The position numbers were made by a program, and so were the translations under genes. The notes under the pieces were generated by a model. The model had not been told where the DNA came from. It ran no database searches and saw only the letters and a program-made list of their open reading frames with translations. DNA of 64,000 nucleotides from Eledone cirrhosa (lineage: Eukaryota): positions 11,036,001-11,100,000 of the forward strand of contig OZ024744.1 in assembly GCA_964016885.1 (NCBI GenBank), written 5' to 3'. Positions within the stretch are counted from its first letter, which is position 1; every line of letters starts with the position of its first letter. Shown piece after piece: positions 26,501-39,800 of this stretch.

Positions 26501-29500
26501 TAGTGTTGTTTATACTCCAATATGTTTTGCTGTTGTACTCCAATATGATGTGCTGTTGTACTCCAATATGTTGTATTGTTGTTCTCCAATATGTCATGTT
26601 ATACTCCAATAAGTTGTGTTCTTGTACTCCAATATGTTGTGTTGTTGTACTCCAATATATCATGTTGTCGTACTCCAATATGTCATGTTATACTCCAATA
26701 TGTCATTGTTGTACTCCAATATGTCGTGTTGTTGTACTCCAATATGTCGTGTTGTTGTACTCCAATATGCTGTGTTGTTATACTCCAATATGTTGTGTTG
26801 TTGTACTCCAATATGTTGTGTTGTTATACTCCAATATGTTGTGTTGTTGTACTCCAATATGTCATGTTGTTGTACTCCAATATGTTGCGTTGTTGTACTC
26901 CAATATATCATGTTGTCGTACTCCAATATGTTTTGATGTTGTACTCCAATATGTTGTGTTGTTGTACTCCAATATGTTGTGTAGTCATACTCCAATATGT
27001 TGTGTTGTTGTACTCCAATATGCTGTGATGTTGTACTCCAATATGATGTGCTGTTGTACTCCAATGCGTTGTGTTGTTGTACTCCAATATGCTGTGTTGT
27101 TATACTCCAATATGTTGTGTTGTTATACTCCAATCTGTTGTGTTGTTATACTCCAATATATTGTGTTGTTATACTCCAATATGTTGTGTTGTTTTACTCC
27201 AATATGTTGTGTTGTTGTACTCCAATATCTTGTATTGTTGTTCTCCAATATGTCATGTTATACTCCAATAAGTTGTGTTCTTGTACTCCAATATGTTGTG
27301 TTGTTGTACTCCAATATGTTGTGTTGTTGTACTCCAATATATCATGTTGTCGTACTCCAATATGTCATGTTATACTCCAATGTTTCATTGTTGTACTCCA
27401 ATATGTCGTGTTGTTGTACTCCAATATGTCGTGTTGTTGTACTGCAATATGTTGTGTTGTTGTACTCCAATATGTTGTGTTGTTGTACTCCAATATGTTG
27501 TGTTGTTATACTCCAATATGTTATGTTGTTGTACTCCAATATGTCATGTTGTTGTACTCCAATATGTTTTGATGTTGTACTCCAATATGTCGTGTTGTTA
27601 TACTCCAATATGTTATGATGTTGTACTCCAATATATTGTGTTGTTGTACTCCAATATGTTGTGTTGCTGTACTCCAATATGTTGTGTCGTTGTACTCCAA
27701 TACGTTGTGTTGTTGTACTCCAATATGTTGTGTTGTTGTACTCCAATATGTTGTTGTACTCCAATATGCCATGTTGTCGTACTCCAATATTTCGTGTTGT
27801 TGTACTCCAATATGTCATGGTGTTGTACTCCAATATGTTGTGTTGTTGTACTCCAATATGTTGTGTTGTTGTACTCCAATATGCTGTGTTGTTGTACTCC
27901 AATATGTTGTGTTGTTGTACTCCAATATGTCATAGGGGTTGTACTCCAATATGCTGTGTTGCTGTACTCCAATAGGTTGTGTTGTTGTACTCCAATATGC
28001 TGTGTTGGCTGTGCTCCAATACGCTGTGTTGTTGTACTCCAATATTTTGTGCTGCTGTACTCCAATATGTTGTGTTGTTGTACTCCAATATGTTGTGTTG
28101 TTGTACTCCAATATGTTGTGTTGTTGTACTCCAATCTATATCGCTGTTGTACTCCAATATGTTGTGTTGTTGTACTCCAATATGTTGTGCTGTTGTACTC
28201 CAATATGTTGTGCTGTTGTGCTCCAATATTTTGTGCTGTTATACTCCAATATATTGTGTTGTTATACTCCAATATGTTGTGTTGTTGTACTCCAAAATAT
28301 TGTGTTGTTATACTCCAATATGTTGTGTGGTTATACTCCAATAAGTTGTGCTGTTATACTCCAATATGTTGTGTTGTTGTACTCCAATATGTTGTGCTGT
28401 TATACTCCAATATTTTGTGTTGTTATACTCCAATATGTGGTATTGTTGTACTCCAATATGTTGTGCTGTTGTACTCCAATATGTTGTGTTGTTATACTCC
28501 AACATGTTGTGTTGTTATACTCCAATATGTTGTGTTGTTATACTCGAATATGTTGTGTTGTTATACTCGAATATCTTGTGTTGTTATACTCGAATATGTT
28601 GTGCTGTTGTACTCCAATATGTCGTGTTGTTGTACTCCAATATATCATGTAGTTGTACTCCAATATTTCGTGTTGTTGTACCCCAATATGTAGTGTTGTT
28701 TATACTCCAATATGTTTTGCTGTTGTACTCCAATATGTTGTGTTGCTGTACTCCTATATGTTGTGTTGTTATTCTCCAATACGTTGTGCTGTTGTACTCC
28801 AATGTGTTGTGTTGTTATACTCCAATATGTTGTGTTGATTTACTCCAATATGTTGTGTTGTTGTACTCCAATCTGTTGTGTTGTTATACTCCAATGTGTT
28901 GTGTTGTTATACTCCAATATGTTGTGTTGTTGTAGTCCAATATGTTGTGTTGTCGTACTCCAATATGTTGTGTTGTTATACTCCAATATTTCGTGTGGTT
29001 GTACTCCAATATGTCATGGTGTTGTACTTCAATATGTCGTGTTGTTGTACTCCAATATGTTGTCTTGCTGTACTCCAATATGTTGTGTTGTTGTACTCCA
29101 ATATCTTGTGTTCTTATACTCCAATATGTTGTGTTGTTATACTCCAATATGTTGTGTTGTTGTACTCCAATATGTTGTGCTGTTTTACTCCAATATGTTG
29201 TGTTGTTGTACTCCAATATGTTGTATTGTTTTTCTCCAATATGTCATGTTATACTCCAATAAGTTGTGTTCTTGTACTCCAATATGTTGTGTTGTTGTAC
29301 TCCAATATATCATGTTGTCGTACTCCAATATGTCATGTTATACTCCAATATGTCATTGTTGTACTCCAATATGTCGTGTTGTTGTACTCCAATATGTCGT
29401 GTTGTTGTACTCCAATATGTTGTGTTGTTGTACTCCAATATGTTGTGTTGTTGTACTCCAATATGTTGTGTTGTTATACTCCAATATGTTATGTTGTTGT

Positions 29501-32500
29501 ACTCCAATATGTCATGTTGTTGTACTCCAATATGTTTTGATGTTGTACTCCAATATGTTGTGTTGTTGTACTCCAATATGTTTTGATGTTGTAGTCCAAT
29601 ATGTTGTGTTGCTGTACTCCAATATGTTGTGTAGTCGTACTCCAATATGTTGTGTTGTTGTACTCCAATATGCTGTGATGTTGTACTCCAATATGATGTG
29701 CTGTTGTACTCCAATGCGTTGTGTTGTTGTACTCCAATATGCTGTGTTGTTATACTCCAATATGTTGTGTTGTTGTACTCCAATATGTTGTGTTGTTGTA
29801 CTCCAATATGTTGTGTTGTTGTAATCCAATATCTTGTGTAGTTATACTCCAATATGTTGTGCTGTTGTACTCCAATATGTTGAGTTGTTATACTCCAATA
29901 TGTAGTGTTGTTATACTCCAATATGTTGTGTTGTTGTACTCCAATCTGTTGCGTTATACTCCAATATGTTGTGTTGTTATACTCCAATATGTTGTGTTGT
30001 TATACTCCAATATGTTGTGTTGTTTTACTCCAATATGTTGTATTGTTGATCTCCAATATGTCATATTATACTCCAATAAGTTGTGTTCTTGTACTCCAAT
30101 ATGTGTTGTTGTTGTACTCCAATATGTTGCGTTGTTGTACTCCAATATATCATGTTGTCGTACTCCAATATGTCATGTTATACTCCAATATGTTTTGATG
30201 CTGTACTCCAATATGTTGTGTTGTTGTACTACAATATGTTGTGTTGTTGTACTCCAATATGTTGTGTTGTTATACTCCAATATGTTGTGCTGTTGTACTC
30301 CAATATGTTGTGTTGTTATACTCCAATATGTAGTGTTGTTATACTCCAATATGTTGTGTTGTTGTACTCCAATCTGTTGTGTTGTTATACTCCAATATAT
30401 TGTGTTGTTATACTCCAATATGTTGTGTTGTTTTACTCCAATATGTTGTGTTGTTGTACTCCAATATGTTGTATTGTTGTTCTCCAATATGTCATGTTAT
30501 ACTCCAATAAGTTGTGTTCTTGTACTCCAATATGTTGTGTTGTTGTACTCCAATATGTTGTGTTGTTGTACTCCAATATATCATGTTGTCGTACTCCAAT
30601 ATGTCATGTTATACTCCAATATGTCGTTGTTATACTCCAATATGTCATGATGTTGTACTCCAATATGTCGTGTTCTTGTACTCCAATATGTCGTGTTGTC
30701 GTACTCCAATATGTTGTGTTGTTGTACTCCAATATGTTGTGCTGTTGTACTCCAATATGTTGTGTTGTTGTACTCCAATATGTTGTGTTGTTATACTCCA
30801 ATATGTTGTGCTGTTGTACTCCAATATTTCGTGTTGTTGTACTCCAATACGTCGAGTTGTACTCCAATATGTTGTGTTGTTATACTCCAATATGTTATGT
30901 TGTTGTACTCCAATGTGTCTTGTTGTTGTACTCCAACATGTTTTGATGTTGTACTCCAATATGTTGTGTTGTTGTACTCCAATATGTTTTGATGTTGTAC
31001 TCCAATATGTTGTGTTGTTGTACTCCAATATGTTGTGTAGTCGTATTCCAATATGTTGTGTTGTTGTACTCTAATATGTTTTGTTGTTATTCTCCAATAT
31101 GTTGTGATGTTGTACTCCAATGTGTTGTGTTGTTGTACTCCAATGTGATGTGTTGCTGTACTCCAATATGTTGTGCTGTTGTACTCCAATATTTTTTGTT
31201 TTTTGTACTCCAATATGTTGTGTTGTTATACTCCAATATGTTGTGTTGTTATACTCCAATATGGTGTGTTGTTGTACTCCAATATGTTGTATTGTTTTCT
31301 CCAATATGTCATGTTATACTCCAATATGGTGTGTTCGTGTACTCCAATACGTTGTGTTATTGTACTCCAATATGTTGCGTTGTTGTACTCCAATATGTTG
31401 TGTTGTTATACTCCAATATGTCGTGTGGCTGTACTCCAATATGTCATGTTGTTGTACTCCAATATGTCTTGTTATAGTCCAATATGTCGTGTTGTTGTAC
31501 TCCAATATATCATGTAGTTGTACTCCAATATTTCGTGTTGTTGTACCCCAATATGTAGTGTTGTTTATACTCCAATATGTTTTGCTGTTGTACTCCAATA
31601 TGTTGTGTTGCTGTACTCCTATATGTTGTGTTGTTATTCTCCAATATGTTGTGCTGTTGTACTCCAATGTGTTGTGTTGTTATACTCCAATGTGTTGTGT
31701 TGTTATACTCCAATATGTTGTGTTGTTGTAGTCCAATATGTTGTGTTGTCGTACTCCAATATGTTGTGTTGTTATACTCCAATATTTCGTGTGGTTGTAC
31801 TCCAGTATGTCATGGTGTTGTACTTCAATATGTCGTGTTGTTGTACTCCAATATGTTGTCTTGTTGTACTCCAATCTGTTGTATTGTTGTACTTCAATAT
31901 GTTCTGTTGTTGTACTCCAATATATTGTGTTGTTGTACTCCAATATGTTGTGTTGTTGTACTCCAATATGCTGTGTTGTTGTACTCCAATATGTTGTGTT
32001 GTTGTACTCCAATATGTTGTGTTGTTGTACTCCAATATCTTGTGTTCTTATACTCCAATATGTTGTGTTGTTGTACTCCAATATGTTGTGCTGTTGTACT
32101 CCAATATGATGTGCTGTTGTACTCCAATATGTTGTGTTGTTGTACTCCAATGTGTTGTGTTGTTGTACTCCAATATGTTGTGCCGTTGTACTCCAATATT
32201 TTTTTGTTTTTGTACTCCAAAATGTTGTGTTGTTATACTCCAATATGTTGTGTTGGTGTACTCCAATATGGTGTGCTGTTGTACTCCAAATCTCGTGTTG
32301 TTATACTCCAATGTGTTGTGTTGTTATACTCCAATATGGTGTGTTGTTGAACTCCAATATGTTGTATTGTTTTTCTCCAATATGTCATGTTATACTCCAA
32401 TATGTCGTGTTGCTGTACTCCAATATGTCATGCTGTTGTACTTCAATATGTTTTGCTGTTGTACTCCACCGTGTTGTGTTGTTGAACTCCAATACGTTGT

Positions 32501-33880
32501 GTTGTTGTTCTCCAATATTTTGTGCTGTTGTACTCCAATTTGTGTTGTTGTACTCCAATATGTTGTGTTGTTGTACTCCAATATGTTGTGTTGTTGTACT
32601 CCAATATGTTGTGTTGTTATACTCCAATATGTTATGCTGTTGTACTCCAATATTTCGTGTTGTTGTACTCCAATACGTCGTGTTGTTGTACTCCAATATG
32701 TTTTGATGTTGTACTCAAATATGTTGTGTTGTTGTACTCCAATATGTTTTGATGTTGTACTCCAATATGTTGTGTTGTTGTACTCCAATATGTTGTGTAG
32801 TCTTACTCCAATATGTTGTGTTGTTGTACTCCAATATGCTGTGATGCTGTACTCCAATATGATGTGATGTTGTACTCCAATGTGTTGTGTTGTTGTACTC
32901 CAATGTGATGTGTTGTTGTACTCCAATATGTTGTGCCATTGTACTCCAATATTTTTTATATTTGTACTCCAATATGTTGTGTTGTTATACTCCAATATGT
33001 TGTGCTGTTGTACTCCAAATCTCGTGTTGTTATACTCCAATGTGTTGTGTTGTTATACTCCAATATGGTGTGTTGTTGTAGTCCAATATGTTGTATTGTT
33101 TTTTTCCAATATGTCATGTTATACTCCAATATGTTGTGTTCGTGTACTCCAATATGTTGTGTTATTGTACTCCAATATGTTGCGTTGTTGTACTCCAATA
33201 TGTTGTGTTGTTATACTCCAATATGTTGTGTTGTTGTACTCCAATATGTTGTCTTGTTGTACTCCAAAAGGCCATGTTATCGTACTCCAATATGTCTTGT
33301 TATACTCCAATATGTCGTGTGGCTGTACTCCAATATGTCATGTTGTTGTACTCCAATATGTCTTGTTATAGTCCAATATGTCGTGTTGTTGTACTCCAAT
33401 ATGTCATGTAGTTGTATTCCAATATTTCGTGTTGTTGTACCCCAATATGTCGTGTTGTTTATACTCCAATATGTTTTGCTGTTGTACTCCAATATGTTGT
33501 GTTGCTGTATTCCAATATGTTGTGTTGTTATTCTCCAATATGTTGTGCTGTTGTACTCCAATGTGTTATGTTGTTATACTCCAATATGTTGTGCTGTGCT
33601 ACTCCAATATATTGTGTTGTTGTACTCCAATGTGTTGTGTTGTTATACTCCAATATGTTGTGTTGATTTACTCCAATATGTTGTGTTGTTGTACTCCAAT
33701 CTGTTGTGTTGTTATACTCCAATATGTTGTGTTGTTATACTCCAATATGTTGTGTTGTTTTACTCCAATATGTTGTGTTGTTGTACTCCAATATGTTGTG
33801 TTGTTGTACTCCAATATGTTGTGTTGTTGTAATCCAATATCTTGTGTTGTTATACTCCAATATGTTGTGTTGTTGTACTC
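17550..33880 (+). repeat. Higher-order duplication: ~17550-22510 repeated at ~28810-33880 (period ~11.3 kb)
   Basis: ORF offsets are 11263 (17615/28878), 11286 (18435/29721, 20028/31314) and 11375 (21558/32933, 22003/33378). Shared variants include GTGCCATTG, TTTTTATATTTG, TAGTCTTAC and AAAAGGCCAT (21891/33266). Confidence 0.88.
24010..24601 (+). repeat. Local tandem duplication of ~296 bp (13 monomers)
   Basis: The series GTCATGCTG / TTCGTGTCGTTGTACGCC / GTGCTTTTG / CCACTGTG / TTGAACTCC / TATACACCAATGTGG / GTAATCC occurs at ~24016 and again at ~24312. It is single-copy in the homologous region at ~60090-60420. Confidence 0.88.
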
Positions 33881-36800
33881 CAATATGTTGTGTTGTTGTA
33901 CTCCAATGTGTTATGTTGTTATACTCCAATATGTTGTGCTGTGCTACTCCAATATAGTGTGTTGTTGTACTCCAATGTGTTGTGTTGTTATACTCCAATA
34001 TGTTGTGTTGATTTACTCCAATATGTTGTGTTATTGTACTCCAATCTGTTGTGTTGTTATACTCCAATATGTTGTGTTGTTATACTCCAATATGTTGTGT
34101 TGTTTTACTCCAATATGTTGTGTTGTTGTACTCCAATATGTCATGTTGCTGTACTCCAACATGTCGTGTTGTAGTACTCCAATATGTTTTGATGTTGTAC
34201 TCCAATATGTTGTGTTGTTGTACTCCAATATGTCATGTTGTTGTACTCCGATATTTCGTGTTGTTCTACTCCAATATTTCGTGTTGTTGTACTCCAATAT
34301 GTCGTGGTGTTGTACTCCAATATGTTTTGATGTTGTACTCCAATATGTCGTGTTGTTGTACTCCAATATGTTGTGTTGTTGTACTCCAATATGCTGTGTT
34401 GTTATACTCCTATATGTTGTGCTGTTGTACTTCAATATGTTGTGTTCTACTCCAATATGTTGTGTTGTTATACTCCAATATGTTGTGTTGTTGTACTCCA
34501 ATATGTTGTGTTGTTGTACTCCAATATGTGATGTTGTTGTACTCCAATATGTCGTATTGTTGTACTCCAATATGTTGTGCTGTTGTACTCCAATATTTCG
34601 TGTTGTTGTACTCCAATACGTCGAGTTGTACTCCAATATGTTGTGTTGTTATACTCCAATATGTTATGTTGTTGTACTCCAATGTGTCTTGTTGTTGTAC
34701 TCCAATATGTTTTGATGTTGTACTCCAATATGTTGTGTTGTTGTACTCCAATATGTTTTGATGTTGTACTCCAATATGTTGTGTTGTTGTACTCCAATAT
34801 GTTGTGTAGTCGTATTCCAATATGTTGTGTTGTTGTACTCTAATATGTTTTGTTGTTATTCTCCAATATGTTGTGATGTTGTACTCCAATGTGTTGTGTT
34901 GTTGTACTCCAATGTGATGTGTTGCTGTACTCCAATATGTTGTGCTGTTGTACTCCAATATTTTTTGTTTTTTGTACTCCAATATGTTGTGTTGTTATAC
35001 TCCAATATTTTGTGTTGTTATACTCCAATATGGTGTGTTGTTGTACTCCAATATGTTGTATTGTTTTCTCCAATATGTCATGTTATACTCCAATATGGTG
35101 TGTTCGTGTACTCCAATATGTTGTGTTATTGTACTCCAATATGTTGCGTTGTTGTACTCCAATATGTTGTGTTGTTATACTCCAATATGTCGTGTGGCTG
35201 TACTCCAATATGTCATGTTGTTGTACTCCAATATGTCTTGTTATAGTCCAATATGTCGTGTTGTTGTACTCCAATATATCATGTAGTTGTACTCCAATAT
35301 TTCGTGTTGTTGTACCCCAATATGTAGTGTTGTTTATACTCCAATATGTTTTGCTGTTGTACTCCAATATGTTGTGTTGCTGTACTCCTATATGTTGTGT
35401 TGTTATTCTCCAATATGTTGTGCTGTTGTACTCCAATGTGTTGTGTTGTTATACTCCAATGTGTTGTGTTGTTATACTCCAATATGTTGTGTTGTTGTAG
35501 TCCAATATGTTGTGTTGTCGTACTCCAATATGTTGTGTTGTTATACTCCAATATTTCGTGTGGTTGTACTCCAGTATGTCATGGTGTTGTACTTCAATAT
35601 GTCGTGTTGTTGTACTCCAATATGTTGTCTTGTTGTACTCCAATCTGTTGTATTGTTGTACTTCAATATGTTCTGTTGTTGTACTCCAATATATTGTGTT
35701 GTTGTACTCCAATATGTTGTGTTGTTGTACTCCAATATGCTGTGTTGTTGTACTCCAATATGTTGTGTTGTTGTACTCCAATATGTTGTATTGTTGTACT
35801 CCAATATCTTGTGTTCTTATACTCCAATATGTTGTGTTGTTATACTCCAATATGTTGTGTTGTTGTACTCCAATATGTTGTGCTGTTGTACTCCAATATG
35901 ATGTGCTGTTGTACTCCAATATGTTGTGTTGTTGTACTCCAATGTGTTGTGTTGTTGTACTCCAATATGTTGTGCCGTTGTACTCCAATATTTTTTTGTT
36001 TTTGTACTCCAAAATGTTGTGTTGTTATACTCCAATATGTTGTGTTGGTGTACTCCAATATGGTGTGCTGTTGTACTCCAAATCTCGTGTTGTTATACTC
36101 CAATGTGTTGTGTTGTTATACTCCAATATGGTGTGTTGTTGAACTCCAATATGTTGTATTGTTTTTCTCCAATATGTCATGTTATACTCCAATATGTCGT
36201 GTTGCTGTACTCCAATATGTCATGCTGTTGTACTTCAATATGTTTTGCTGTTGTACTCCACCGTGTTGTGTTGTTGAACTCCAATACGTTGTGTTGTTGT
36301 TCTCCAATATTTTGTGCTGTTGTACTCCAATTTGTGTTGTTGTACTCCAATATGTTGTGTTGTTGTACTCCAATATGTTGTGTTGTTGTACTCCAATATG
36401 TTGTGTTGTTATACTCCAATATGTTGTGCTGTTGTACTCCAATATTTCGTGTTGTTGTACTCCAATACGTCGTGTTGTTGTACTCCAATATGTTTTGATG
36501 TTGTACTCAAATATGTTGTGTTGTTGTACTCCAATATGTTTTGATGTTGTACTCCAATATGTTGTGTTGTTGTACTCCAATATGTTGTGTAGTCTTACTC
36601 CAATATGTTGTGTTGTTGTACTCCAATATGCTGTGATGCTGTACTCCAATATGATGTGATGTTGTACTCCAATGTGTTGTGTTGTTGTACTCCAATGTGA
36701 TGTGTTGTTGTACTCCAATATGTTGTGCCATTGTACTCCAATATTTTTTATATTTGTACTCCAATATGTTGTGTTGTTATACTCCAATATGTTGTGCTGT

Positions 36801-39800
36801 TGTACTCCAAATCTCGTGTTGTTATACTCCAATGTGTTGTGTTGTTATACTCCAATATGGTGTGTTGTTATAGTCCAATATGTTGTATTGTTTTTTTCCA
36901 ATATGTCATGTTATACTCCAATATGTTGTGTTCGTGTACTCCAATATGTTGTGTTATTGTACTCCAATATGTTGCGTTGTTGTACTCCAATATGTTGTGT
37001 TGTTATACTCCAATATGTTGTGTTGTTGTACTCCAATATGTTGTCTTGTTGTACTCCAAAAGGCCATGTTATCGTACTCCAATATGTCTTGTTATACTCC
37101 AATATGTCGTGTGGCTGTACTCCAATATGTCATGTTGTTGTACTCCAATATGTCTTGTTATAGTCCAATATGTCGTGTTGTTGTACTCCAATATGTCATG
37201 TAGTTGTATTCCAATATTTCGTGTTGTTGTACCCCAATATGTCGTGTTGTTTATACTCCAATATGTTTTGCTGTTGTACTCCAATATGTTGTGTTGCTGT
37301 ATTCCAATATGTTGTGTTGTTATTCTCCAATATGTTGTGCTGTTGTACTCCAATGTGTTATGTTGTTATACTCCAATATGTTGTGCTGTGCTACTCCAAT
37401 ATATTGTGTTGTTGTACTCCAATGTGTTGTGTTGTTATACTCCAATATGTTGTGTTGATTTACTCCAATATGTTGTGTTGTTGTACTCCAATCTCTTGTG
37501 TTGTTATACTCCAATATGTTGTGTTGTTATACTCCAATATGTTGTGTTGTTTTACTCCAATATGTTGTGTTGTTGTACTCCAATATGTTGTGTTGTTGTA
37601 CTCCAATATGTTGTGTTGTTGTAATCCAATATCTTGTGTTGTTATACTCCAATATGTTGTGTTGTTGTACTCCAATATGTTGTGTTGTTGTACTCCAATG
37701 TGTTATGTTGTTATACTCCAATATGTTGTGCTGTGCTACTCCAATATAGTGTGTTGTTGTACTCTAATGTGTTGTGTTGTTATACTCCAATATGTTGTGT
37801 TGATTTACTCCAATATGTTGTGTTGTTGTACTCCAATCTGTTGTGTTGTTATACTCCAATATGTTGTGTTGTTATACTCCAATATGTTGTGTTGTTTTAC
37901 TCCAATATGTTGTGTTGTTGTACTCCAATATGTCATGTTGCTGTACTCCAACATGTCGTGTTGTAGTACTCCAATATGTTTTGATGTTGTACTCCAATAT
38001 GTTGTGTTGTTGTACTCCAATATGTCATGTTGTTGTACTCCGATATTTCGTGTTGTTCTACTCCAATATTTCGTGTTGTTGTACTCCAATATGTCGTGGT
38101 GTTGTACTCCAATATGTTTTGATGTTGTACTCCAATATGTCGTGTTGTTGTACTCCAATATGTTGTGTTGTTGTACTCCAATATGCTGTGTTGTTATACT
38201 CCTATATGTTGTGCTGTTGTAGTTCAATATGTTGTGTTCTACTCCAATATGTTGTGTTGTTATACTCCAATATGTTGTGTTGTTGTACTCCAATATGTTG
38301 TGTTGTTGTACTCCAATATGTGATGTTGTTGTACTCCAATATGTCGTATTGTTGTACTCCAATATATTGTGTTGTTATACTCCAATATTTCGTGTTGTTT
38401 TAGTCCAATATGTCATGTTGTTTTACTCCAATATTTCGTGTTGTTGTACTCCAATATGTCATGGTGTTGTACTTCAATATGTCGTATTGTTGTACTCCAA
38501 TATGTTGTGTTGTTGTTCTCCAATATGTCGTGTTGTTATACTCCAATATGTTATGATGTTGTACTCCAATATATTGTGTTGTTGTACTCCAATATGTTGT
38601 GTTGCTGTACTCCAATATGTTGTGTCGTTGTACTCCAATATGTTGTGTTGTTGTACTCCAATATGTTGTGTTGTTGTACTCCAATATGTTGTTGTACTCC
38701 AATATGCCATGTTGTTATACTCCAATATGTCGTGGTGTTGTACTCCAATATGTCATGTTGTTGTACTCCAATATTTCGTGTTGTTGTACTCCAATATGTC
38801 ATAGGGGCTGTACTCCAATATGGTGTGTTGTTGTACTCCAATATGTTGTGCTGCTGTACTACAATATGTTGTGTTGTTGTACTCCAATATGTTGTGTTGT
38901 TGTACTCCAATATGTTGTGTTGTTGTACTCCAATCTATATCGCTGTTGTACTCCAATATGTTGTGTTGTTGTACTCCAATATGTTGTGCTGTTGTACTCC
39001 AATATGTTGTGCTGTTGTACTCCAATATTTTGTGCTGTTATACTCCAATATATTGTGTTGTTATACTCCAATATGTTGTGTTGTTGTACTCCAAAATATT
39101 GTGTTGTTATACTCCAATATGTTGTGTTGTTATACTCCAATATGTTGTGCTGTTATACTCCAATATGTTGTGTTGTTGTACTCCAATATGTTGTGCTGTT
39201 ATACTCCAATATTTTGTGTTGTTATACTCCAATATGTGGTATTGTTGTACTCCAATATGTTGTGCTGTTGTACTCCAATATGTTGTGTTGTTATACTCCA
39301 ACATGTTGTGTTGTTATACTCCAATATGTTGTGTTGTTATACTCGAATATTTTGTGTTGTTATACTCGAATATCTTGTGTTGTTATACTCGAATATGTTG
39401 TGCTGTTGTACTCCAATATGTCGTGTTGTTGTACTCCAATATATCATGTAGTTGTACTCCAATATTTCGTGTTGTTGTACCCCAATATGTAGTGTTGTTT
39501 ATACTCCAATATGTTTTGCTGTTGTACTCCAATATGATGTGCTGTTGTACTCCAATATGTTGTATTGTTGTTCTCCAATATGTCATGTTATACTCCAATA
39601 AGTTGTGTTCTTGTACTCCAATATGTTGTGTTGTTGTACTCCAATATATCATGTTGTCGTACTCCAATATGTCATGTTATACTCCAATATGTCATTGTTG
39701 TACTCCAATATGTCGTGTTGTTGTACTCCAATATGTTGTGCTGTTGTACTCCAATATGCTGTGTTGTTATACTCCAATATGTTGTGTTGTTGTACTCCAA

